A stretch of 64,000 nucleotides of DNA from an uncultured Desulfobacterales bacterium (lineage in GTDB: Bacteria; Desulfobacterota; Desulfobacteria; Desulfobacterales; UBA11574). How positions within the stretch are numbered: the stretch's first letter is position 1; every line of letters starts with the position of its first letter. Shown here in pieces: positions 55,210 through 64,000 of the stretch. The stretch lies in NCBI GenBank assembly GCA_937998305.1, contig CALLDL010000033.1, forward strand, positions 6,094-70,093. Direction: 5' to 3'. The notes beneath the pieces are model-generated. The model did not search any database and was not told the origin of the DNA. It saw nothing but the letters and a program-made list of their open reading frames with translations. Both the position numbers and the translations under genes were made by a program.

Positions 55210-55752
55210 ATGAACTTAACATCAGGGAGTTGCGCTATGGCCTCATTAAATCGTGATGAAAAAAGTCAATCCGAAATTTTATTTAAGAAAGATACCGGAG
55301 ATCAACAACAGATGCTTTTGGATTGCGGTTATTCGGAAAAGGCGGTTCAATATTTTATTGAGCAGCCGTATATGGGAAGTCTGCCGGATGCCGATCAAGT
55401 ATCCGATATGCTGGGATCATGCGGGGACACCATGAAAATCTTTCTTAAAATCGATGATAATACAATCACGGATATCAGATACCAGGTGCTCGGCTGCCCG
55501 GGTGCGATTTCTGCTTCAATGGCCGCTGTGGACCTGGTAAAAGGTAAAAGTATTGAACATGCCAGAAAGTTGAATGATGGAGATGTGTTCAACCAACTTG
55601 CTGATATTCCGGTGAAAAAACACCACTGCATACAGCTTGCCGTTAAAGCGCTTCACAAGGCCATTGATGAATATAAAAATGGGCACAGTGATTTAAAGGA
55701 TGTAGAATGCCCGTCGACCTGCTCTGAACCGCAGGATTGCTGCAAAAAATGA
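55210..55752 (+). CDS. NifU/IscU N-terminal-domain-like Fe-S scaffold protein with Cys-rich tail
   Basis: GSCGDTMKIFLKID...YQVLGCPGAISASMAAVDLVKGKS...KKHHCIQLAVKAL. C-terminus CPSTCSEPQDCCKK. Start uncertain. Confidence 0.75.
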   Translation: MNLTSGSCAMASLNRDEKSQSEILFKKDTGDQQQMLLDCGYSEKAVQYFIEQPYMGSLPDADQVSDMLGSCGDTMKIFLKIDDNTITDIRYQVLGCPGAISASMAAVDLVKGKSIEHARKLNDGDVFNQLADIPVKKHHCIQLAVKALHKAIDEYKNGHSDLKDVECPSTCSEPQDCCKK

Positions 55753-55760
55753 TTAGTTTT

Positions 55761-57022
<1,262 letters not shown>

Positions 57023-57026
<4 letters not shown>

Positions 57027-57496
57027 GATCTTAATGTGGCAATCAGTCTCAATGGATTTGTTAAGAGCGACAGGGCGGATAAAATATCTGTACAAACGAT
57101 ATCCGCAGAAGCTATCGTTTCAAAAACGGCCCCTTCTCCTTGAATAACAGCCACACCCAGGGCCGACGCTTTGAGCATCAAGCGGTCGTTTACGCCATTA
57201 CCCATGCTCACGATTTGTTCACATCCAAGGTTTTTTACATATTCCAGCTTAGCCACATCCTGATGGTCCAAAGGTATAACGGCCAGTTTGCAATCGATAT
57301 CCTCCAGTGCTTTTTTGACACTGCCGAATGTATCGGCGGTTATAACATGGATGGTTAGCATTTGTGAAAGTTCGGTTAGACACTCCTTGACACCGTCAAT
57401 CAAAGCACCGTCAAATGCGATGGTGCCGTTGTAATCCAGAACAAGGTGTTCAAGCTGCAGTATTTTAGTCCCTGGGATATCAATTTCAATCATCAT
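57023..57496 (-). CDS. HAD-superfamily hydrolase (soluble P-type-ATPase-like, COG4087 type)
   Basis: LVLDYNGTIAFDG...IHVITADTFGSV...GNGVNDRLMLKASALGVAVIQGEG. Confidence 0.75.
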
Positions 57497-57817
57497 TTAA
57501 CCATTTTTATGTGCATTTTATAAATGTGATTCACTTTTTCTGTGTTTTGTTGACGCATATTTGGGGTTGTATATGGTTTCAATACTAGGGTAAAGGGAAA
57601 AATGATTCGGGTCCTTATGATGAGTAATAGCCGATCGAGCTATTTTTGTTAAATACTTGAGGGGTCGGGGAGTTTTTTTCAAGCCGCACCATGAATGATG
57701 AAAAAAAAATTATAATAAAAACTCTCCAAACGCTGAATTATTTTGCCTTTATACTTGCAATTTGTTTTGAATTACGAGTAAATTTCGGTTTTTGAGAAAA
57801 GGAGCTATGGCTTTAAT

Positions 57818-59062
57818 ATGAAGGATAAAAATGTGTTGATTATCGGTGGCGGCGTGGCCGGCCTTTCTGCGGCGGTCGAACTCGCCGATTTAGATGTCCA
57901 AGTTGAATTAATTGAAAAATCAAATTTTCTGGGCGGACACGCCATCGGGTATGCCTGTAAGGCCATTAACGATACCTGCGTAAAGTGTGGCGCATGCATG
58001 GTGGAAGAAAGATTGCAACGCGCGGTTTCTCACCCAAACATAAAAATATTGCCCGGCAGTCAGGTACAAAACATATTTAAAAACCATCGATTCTCAGCAA
58101 GTCTCCGCCAAGAACCTCTGCATATAGATTCCAAGAAGTGCACCAACTGCGGGTTGTGTTTGGATCGTTGCCCGGCAGATGGGGCTGTTCTTCAAGGTTT
58201 TTCAAAAAACAACATCCCATTTTATGCAATTTCTGAAGAAAAATGCCTTTATCTCAAAGACAAATCCTGCAGCATCTGCCGGGATGAATGCCCTGAAACG
58301 GCCATTGATCTGGACAATGAAGAATTTGAACATTCCATTGAAGCAGATGCTGTATTGATTGCTACCGGATTCAAACCGTTCGATCCTAAAGACAAACCAT
58401 ACGGGTTTGGGCTTTTTAAAAATGTTGTTACCGGTCTGGACCTGGAAAGGATGATAAAACGGACCGGATGTGTAAAAAAGCCAAGCGATAACAAAACACC
58501 GGGACTAATCGCCTTCATACAGTGTGTGGGTTCAAGAGATTCAAAGCTGAATCATCTGTGGTGCTCGAAGGTTTGTTGCAGTTCGGCATTGCGGACGTCA
58601 CGGCTGATCAGAGAAAGGCATCCGGAAACCGAAATCACCTTCTTTTATATGGATGTGCAGACATTCGGAAAGGATTTCGAACCATTTTATGAAGAGACTC
58701 AAAAAGAAATTCGAATGATACGCGCCATTCCCGGAGATATCTACGAAACAGACGGGCAGCATCTGAAAGTAAATTATATAGATAACCATTCGCATAAAAC
58801 TCTGGAAGAAATTTTTGATCTGGTGGTGTTGTCCATCGGAATCACACCGTGTGAAGATATTCAAACCATATCTGGATTATTGGGGATAGAACCTGATGAC
58901 ACCGGGTTTGTCAAAACCGATGATAAAAAGACATCGGCTTTTGTTAATGGCATATTTGCTGCAGGAACCGTCCAGGGACCCATGAGCATTGCGGACACCA
59001 TTGCCAGCGCCGGGAGTGCTGCGTGGAAGATCGCCAGATATCTTGGCCTGAAAATTTCTTAA
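57818..59062 (+). CDS. HdrA-like FAD/Fe-S oxidoreductase (heterodisulfide reductase subunit A family)
   Basis: VLIIGGGVAGLSAAVELA. Inserted ferredoxin motifs CTNCGLCLDRCP and CSICRDECP. CVGSRD...CSKVCC. Confidence 0.8.
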   Translation: MKDKNVLIIGGGVAGLSAAVELADLDVQVELIEKSNFLGGHAIGYACKAINDTCVKCGACMVEERLQRAVSHPNIKILPGSQVQNIFKNHRFSASLRQEPLHIDSKKCTNCGLCLDRCPADGAVLQGFSKNNIPFYAISEEKCLYLKDKSCSICRDECPETAIDLDNEEFEHSIEADAVLIATGFKPFDPKDKPYGFGLFKNVVTGLDLERMIKRTGCVKKPSDNKTPGLIAFIQCVGSRDSKLNHLWCSKVCCSSALRTSRLIRERHPETEITFFYMDVQTFGKDFEPFYEETQKEIRMIRAIPGDIYETDGQHLKVNYIDNHSHKTLEEIFDLVVLSIGITPCEDIQTISGLLGIEPDDTGFVKTDDKKTSAFVNGIFAAGTVQGPMSIADTIASAGSAAWKIARYLGLKIS

Positions 59063-59180
59063 AAGAGATAAATATACATTGTAAAAACAAAAAGTTTTCA
59101 AGGTGGCTTATCGCAATTGGATTTGCGCCCGAAATTGAAAAACGTAGTGTTTATATCGATGTGTGAATCGGTTTATAACA

Positions 59181-60365
59181 TCAACGGACAATGGCAAATC
59201 CGAGACGCAGCGCTTCTGTTCGATCCCTATAATTGAGTAGACTTTCCGCCAGAGCGTTGACATACTGAGCCTGAAAGTACAGGTTGAGATTTTTAAATAT
59301 AAAACGATGCAGCGGGTAGGTTAGATCGAGCTCGATGGAACCGCCTTCCTTTGCCCAGCGAAAATGGGATCCCAGAACAAAACTGTCTGCCTTACCTAAT
59401 TTTGTCTCCAGATCGAAATAGCCTCTGTAATATTTCAAGTCAGGGTTTGTTTCGTCTTGGTTGGAAATATAGGCCCAAATCTTCGGCGCAATCATTATGC
59501 CCAGTTTGGTATTCTTATCGTAGGCAATATATATGGGCTTGATATACAAAAAGTTGGTGCTCCGTGAATCTTCCCCTCCACGGCCGTTGGATTCATGTTG
59601 AAAACCGCCCTTCACAAAGAATCCTCTGGCCCATGGAACTCCGATATTGGGCGACAGAAAAAAAAATTCCGGCTTATAGCTGGTGTCTTCAAATGGTTTG
59701 GATTCTGATTTCAGATCCCAGAAAGATGTCTGGGTGTAAGCAAAATGGAAACCCTTTACCCATGGATATTTTTTTCCCAAGGTGCTCTCGGGATTGAAAA
59801 AACGATATTTGAAACTGAATTGAAACTTGCTTTTTTCGGGGTTGGTTCCAACGAGAAAATACATAGGTTGGTATGCCGCGATATTTTTTAAATACGGCTG
59901 ATACAGCTCATAAAGTGAGTCCAATGTGTCAAATTCCTGATATGCAATTTCATCGCTTTTCGACTCTTCAAGTGAAGAGGTGCTGTGGACCGCAAACATG
60001 GTACGGGCGTTTTCAAAATCCGGTATTGCCATGGTAACTGCGCCTTCAATGGTTGAGGGAAGGGCCAGTGTGTATTGCACTTTTTCAAAACAACCCGCAC
60101 AAATGATGATCTTGTCTTTGGATGTCGACAGTACAGAATATGCTTTTACATCCAAGGATTGATCATTAGCGGTTAAACGGCAAATAATACTGTCCGGCAC
60201 ATCCACTTGCACAGACTTATCTTCTGAATTGTGAAAGTACACGGCAAACACCGTCGTTTGTCCGGCCTGAAGATTTTTTTTCGGAGGATCGATAACCGTT
60301 TCGATACCACCGGCAAATGAAATCGTGCTAAAAAGAATGATCAACAAGGCTGTAAAAGCTTTCAT
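59181..60365 (-). CDS. pldA: outer-membrane phospholipase A (PldA/OMPLA-like) with an N-terminal extra domain
   Basis: Signal peptide present. Catalytic context GGFQHESNGRGGEDSRSTNFLY (HxSNG). YTQTSFWDL. Confidence 0.75.
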   Translation of the reverse strand: MKAFTALLIILFSTISFAGGIETVIDPPKKNLQAGQTTVFAVYFHNSEDKSVQVDVPDSIICRLTANDQSLDVKAYSVLSTSKDKIIICAGCFEKVQYTLALPSTIEGAVTMAIPDFENARTMFAVHSTSSLEESKSDEIAYQEFDTLDSLYELYQPYLKNIAAYQPMYFLVGTNPEKSKFQFSFKYRFFNPESTLGKKYPWVKGFHFAYTQTSFWDLKSESKPFEDTSYKPEFFFLSPNIGVPWARGFFVKGGFQHESNGRGGEDSRSTNFLYIKPIYIAYDKNTKLGIMIAPKIWAYISNQDETNPDLKYYRGYFDLETKLGKADSFVLGSHFRWAKEGGSIELDLTYPLHRFIFKNLNLYFQAQYVNALAESLLNYRDRTEALRLGFAIVR

Positions 60366-60568
60366 ACAAAAATTCCTCCTTCACCAACACAGTTCCTGTA
60401 TCAATCTGTTTGGGGCAGCTGGTGCTCCAAAAATAGTAGCACCTGGATTTGTGAGATGTAAATAGAAAGTGGATGTCCCGCCGTTTAAAAAGGGTTTATA
60501 TTTGCTAAAAATTTGAGAATTTGCGAAGAAAGTCTCTGTTGACAATCGATTTCGTCTTTTATATTTGA

Positions 60569-62191
60569 ATGGAAAATCAAATTTTGAAAAGGCGGGCGAT
60601 TTTGAATAAAAAAATATTTATATTTGGAAACGGATCGTGTGCCCATCACCTTGCCAAAGAATTTCTGTCTTCGGGCGTAGATGTTATCCTTGCCACTTCA
60701 GATAAAACAGCTGATGTTTCTTCAACCATGGATTCTGTGGCATTGGAAATCCTCACCAACACAAAACTCCTTTCGTGCCAGGGGATTGTGGGGAATTTCA
60801 GGCTGACTGTAGTTTGCAATGGTGAAAGAGTAACAAAACGTGTTGCTGAAATTATTATTGCTGAAGAAGATCGGCGAAAACCGAATTTCTCGTTGTATGG
60901 TTTAAAGGCGGCTTCTAACGTTATCAGTCAATCCCAAATGAAAACGTTGCTGTTGGGATCATCACATGAAAAAAACATCCTTTCAGAAGCAAAAACGGTA
61001 GGTTTTTTTACCGGGCTTGTTAACGAAAGCCATCCGGTTGTCGCAGAAGAAATTATGCATTTGGCGCTTAACCTCCAGTCTGACTTTAATGTACAAACAT
61101 ATATCCTAACTAAAAATCTCAAAGTCGCAGGAAACGGTCTTGAAGCCCTTTATCGAAAAAGCAAAAAAGCCGGTGCAGTTTATATTAAGTTTACAGACAA
61201 TATTCCCGCCATCCACCAGAAAAGGGATAACGATATCCAAATCGAGTTCATCGACGAAATAACAACCAAAAAATTCAGACTGTCTCCGGATATAACGGTT
61301 GTAGATGAAACCATCGTTCCTTTTGAAAATGCTGCCCATCTTGCAGGGATATTGAATGTCGATACCGATCCTGGTGGATTTGTTCAGACGGATAATGTTC
61401 ATAGATATTGTGTGTTGACGAACAGAAAAGGGATTATGGCGGCAGGTCCTTCAAGAAGTATTCAGAATCGGGGTGATCAGATAATGGATGCTGAAAACGT
61501 TGCGCTTGCATCCGCCGGTATTCTGGTGGACCGATTGGCGCTGACAGCAGACAGGGCTGAAGTTGACACGGGACAGTGCATACGGTGTCTGACCTGCTAT
61601 CGTCTTTGTCCATACCATGCAATAACACTGAACACTCGGGTGACGGTTGTACCGGATGCCTGCGAACGGTGCGGCATTTGTGCCGCCCAATGCCCAAGGG
61701 GCGCTGTCCGTATAAAAGATCTTGAACCTGGGTCGGTCTTAGATGTGATTAAAATCGGCGACCCCATTCAAACCGAAAAGGCGTTTACGCCCTCTATTGT
61801 GGCGTTCTGCTGCAGCCGCTCGTCTGCCCAGGCCGGTGATCTGGCGCTGTGCATGGGCCATAACCTGCCTTCGGGGTTAAAGATCATTGAGGTGCCATGT
61901 GCGGGGAGTATATCTTATGATCACATCTTTGCAGCGTTTAGAAACCATGCTGACGGAGTTCTTGTGGCGACCTGCCATAAAGGAAACTGTCATTCAGAAC
62001 GGGGGAACATTTTTGCAGAACAAACTGTGGAACAGATAAAGGAGGTGTTCTCTCAAATCGGTTTTGAAAATGATCGTTTGCTTATACAAACCCTTGCGTC
62101 CAATATGGGAACGGAATTTGCTCAGATTGTAAATCGCTTTGAAGAGACCATTGTGGAGCTCGGCCCAAGCCGGCTTAAGAAGAATCAATAG
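60569..62191 (+). CDS. fusion protein: HdrA-like Rossmann-type N-terminal region, 2x[4Fe-4S] ferredoxin domain, and MvhD (hydrogenase iron-sulfur subunit D) domain
   Basis: CIRCLTCYRLCP and CERCGICAAQCP. MvhD-like C-terminus IVAFCCSRS...EVPCAGSISYDHIFAAFRNHADGVLVATCHKGNCH. Confidence 0.75.
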   Translation: MENQILKRRAILNKKIFIFGNGSCAHHLAKEFLSSGVDVILATSDKTADVSSTMDSVALEILTNTKLLSCQGIVGNFRLTVVCNGERVTKRVAEIIIAEEDRRKPNFSLYGLKAASNVISQSQMKTLLLGSSHEKNILSEAKTVGFFTGLVNESHPVVAEEIMHLALNLQSDFNVQTYILTKNLKVAGNGLEALYRKSKKAGAVYIKFTDNIPAIHQKRDNDIQIEFIDEITTKKFRLSPDITVVDETIVPFENAAHLAGILNVDTDPGGFVQTDNVHRYCVLTNRKGIMAAGPSRSIQNRGDQIMDAENVALASAGILVDRLALTADRAEVDTGQCIRCLTCYRLCPYHAITLNTRVTVVPDACERCGICAAQCPRGAVRIKDLEPGSVLDVIKIGDPIQTEKAFTPSIVAFCCSRSSAQAGDLALCMGHNLPSGLKIIEVPCAGSISYDHIFAAFRNHADGVLVATCHKGNCHSERGNIFAEQTVEQIKEVFSQIGFENDRLLIQTLASNMGTEFAQIVNRFEETIVELGPSRLKKNQ

Positions 62192-62297
62192 CCGGAAAAT
62201 CCAGCGTCGTCCAAATCATGAAAGGGAATATAGGAAACAGGATAGGGGAAATAGGAAAGAGGTCGGCTGAGGGTATAACGTTAAATGAGGTAGTCAT

Positions 62298-63521
62298 ATG
62301 ACATCACCATCTGAAATCATCGATATGGATCAACTCGATCACACCAGATGTAGAACCTGGCCGTTTTCCCAAGATTTTTGCGTGACTTGCGGCCTGTGTG
62401 CAAGTTCTTGTCCGGCTTCTGGAATCGATGGATTTGACCCGCGCATGCTGGTCCGAATGGTTTCTCTGGGATTTGTCGAGGATCTGGTAAACGCCCGATG
62501 GCCGTGGATATGCACCATGTGCGGTAAATGCGAAAATGTTTGTCCCATGCAGGTCGACATTGCCGATCTGATACGAAAAATTCGATCCAAAAGAGAACGT
62601 GAAAAGGTTCCGGGAATTTTACACAAGGGTCTTGCGGCGGCTTTGGAGACCGGCAATAATCTTCGCCTGCCAAAGGAAGATTTTATGTTCATCATCGAGG
62701 ATGTGGCCGAAGAAGTCGCCGAGGAACCTGGTTTTGAAGGGTTCAAAGCGCCCATTGACAAAAAGGGGGCAAACATACTGACCACCATACACAACAAACT
62801 GGTAAATACCCATACCGAAGATTTAAAACACTGGTGGAAGATTTTTCATGCGGCCAAAGAAGACTGGACCGTAACCTCGGAAAACTGGGAGGGTACCAAC
62901 TGGGGATATTTTACGGGTGACGATGATGCCATGAAGGTCATGGTCGGCCGGATCGTGGAGCAGATGAAGCGACTGGAAATAAAAAATCTTCTTTGCCCTG
63001 AATGAGGTCACTCCTATCTTGCGACCCGGTCGGGTCTTGAAAAATATTATCCTGAAGCACTCAAAAAAATTAGTGTGACCACGGTTTTTGACCTAATGAT
63101 CAAATATATTAAAGAAGGTCGCATCAAACTCGACAAATCGAGATTTATACAACTTGCCGCTTATCACGACCCATGTAATTACGGGAGAAAGGCCCAGAAG
63201 CATTTTGGACACGGTTATTTTGACGAGCCGCGCTGGATTATGGATCAGTGCCTTGAAAACTGGGTCGATCTTTATCCCAATAGAATGGATCAAATATGCT
63301 GTGGCGGGGGCGGTGGAACCATGACCACCGGATATAACGATGAACGTGTTTTTTATGCCAGAAAAAAAATCGATCAGATCAGGGCCACAGGGGCAAAGCT
63401 GATTGTGGTTCCCTGCCACAGTTGCCACGGTCAGTTTAATAATGTGAAATCCGAATACGATTTTGATGATCTTGAAGTGAAGTATCTGTGGGAACTGGTG
63501 GCCGACTGCCTGATTTTATAA
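62298..63521 (+). CDS. HdrD/GlpC-like Fe-S (2x[4Fe-4S] plus CCG-domain) selenoprotein; in-frame UGA = Sec at 63003-63005
   Basis: Track ORFs 62298..63005 and 63075..63521 are in the same frame, and the only stop between them is one TGA. N-terminal part: CVTCGLCASSCP and CTMCGKCENVCP. C-terminal part: CCGGGGG and VVPCHSCHGQ. The junction reads LLCPE-U-GHSYLA. A hairpin follows. Confidence 0.8.
63023..63036 (+). promoter_or_regulatory. SECIS-like hairpin downstream of UGA
   Basis: GACCC-GGTC-GGGTC, with 17 nt separating it from the UGA. The apical GGUC matches the hairpin after the other UGA (31622-31642). Confidence 0.6.
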
Positions 63522-63522
63522 C

Positions 63523-63909
63523 TTAAGTTTTTTGAGCTTCTCTCTTTGTGCAATCCGGACAAAATCCTTCAAATTCAAGCCGGTGCCCAATTATGGAAAA
63601 AACGGTGGCACCGTAAAGCTCATCTTCCAGTTTATTCAACGGCGCAATGGGAGCATTATCTACCTTTCCACAGCATAAGCACCGGATATGGTAATGTTTA
63701 TTCGGATTCCAATCAAATCTTTTAATGGTTCCGCCAAGTTCCAGTTTCTGTATTATCCCCATATTAGCAAGGACCTCCAGATTTCTATAAACCGTACCCA
63801 GACTGATACGGGGGAGCTGTTTTCTAACCGATTCATAGATTTCGTCAGCACTGGGATGGGAATTTGTTTGTCTTAAAATATTAAGAATCGTTTTCCGCTG
63901 GAGCGTCAT
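63523..63909 (-). CDS. Fur-family metalloregulator (Fur/PerR/Zur type)
   Basis: MTLQRKTILNILRQTNSHPSADEIYESVRKQLPRISLGTVYRNLEVLANMGIIQ...HYHIRCLCCGKV...CPDC. ATG at 63909 is preferred over the TTG at 63933. Confidence 0.85.
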   Translation of the reverse strand: MTLQRKTILNILRQTNSHPSADEIYESVRKQLPRISLGTVYRNLEVLANMGIIQKLELGGTIKRFDWNPNKHYHIRCLCCGKVDNAPIAPLNKLEDELYGATVFSIIGHRLEFEGFCPDCTKREAQKT

Positions 63910-64000
63910 CCTACGGGATATTTTTTCAGGCAAAACGTTTTTGTCCTTTTCTTTATAAAAATGAAAAAATTTTTAATAAATGACTTGACTAATGAATCCC

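Noticed and set aside
60539-60571. TTGACA-N15-TATATT directly abutting the ATG of the HdrA-like/MvhD fusion gene (possible leaderless mRNA)
   Set aside because: The spacing between the putative -10 and the ATG (3 nt) is too short for the A of the ATG to be the transcription start. The -35/-10 spacer is also suboptimal. It is kept only as a note, because the gene lacks an SD sequence.

Overview
This is a chromosomal segment from a visibly AT-leaning genome. The gene content includes HdrA/HdrD/MvhD-type redox proteins, a Rieske/cytochrome b module with a multiheme cytochrome c, CooT, and selenocysteine recoding. By inference this points to a sulfate-reducer-like Desulfobacterales-type deltaproteobacterium.

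I call about 60 protein genes:
- Housekeeping: prmA, hup, ppiD, a fusA paralogue, parA/parB, ispH, plsY, cobO.
- Envelope/lipid cluster on the minus strand: S8 protease, membrane GDPD, heme/TolB-like protein, fatty-acid cis/trans isomerase, vWA-OmpA.
- Also one tRNA-Ala(GGC), two decayed mobile-element gene remnants, and several families of short non-coding repeats.

Most notable observations:
1. Two in-frame UGA codons are each followed by a hairpin with a GGUC apical loop. They convert a truncated and a split ORF-track entry into full-length selenoproteins: a periplasmic YHS-type protein (31476-31967) and an HdrD/GlpC-like Fe-S protein (62298-63521).
2. A decayed integrative island of about 4.9 kb is bounded by tRNA-Ala and a 34-bp copy of its 3' half (36106-41034). 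It carries integrase and transposase remnants.
3. A four-helix-bundle (23S-IVS/Avd-like) gene is bracketed by inverted GATTTTG heptad arrays and sits between the ATPase and permease genes of an ABC transporter.
4. There are at least five MITE/hairpin repeat families. One is a near-identical inverted pair with CTAACTA flanks bracketing a 4.4-kb four-gene block. Another is a MITE nested inside a different repeat.
5. IspH is fused to a UbiA-type prenyltransferase-like membrane domain.
6. A GC-rich GDPD gene is start/stop-overlapped with an AT-rich neighbour.

I found no rRNA, CRISPR array, reverse transcriptase or recognisable defence system. I cannot name a clearly new multi-gene system with confidence; the heptad-bracketed cassette and the repeat architecture are the best candidates for something undescribed.
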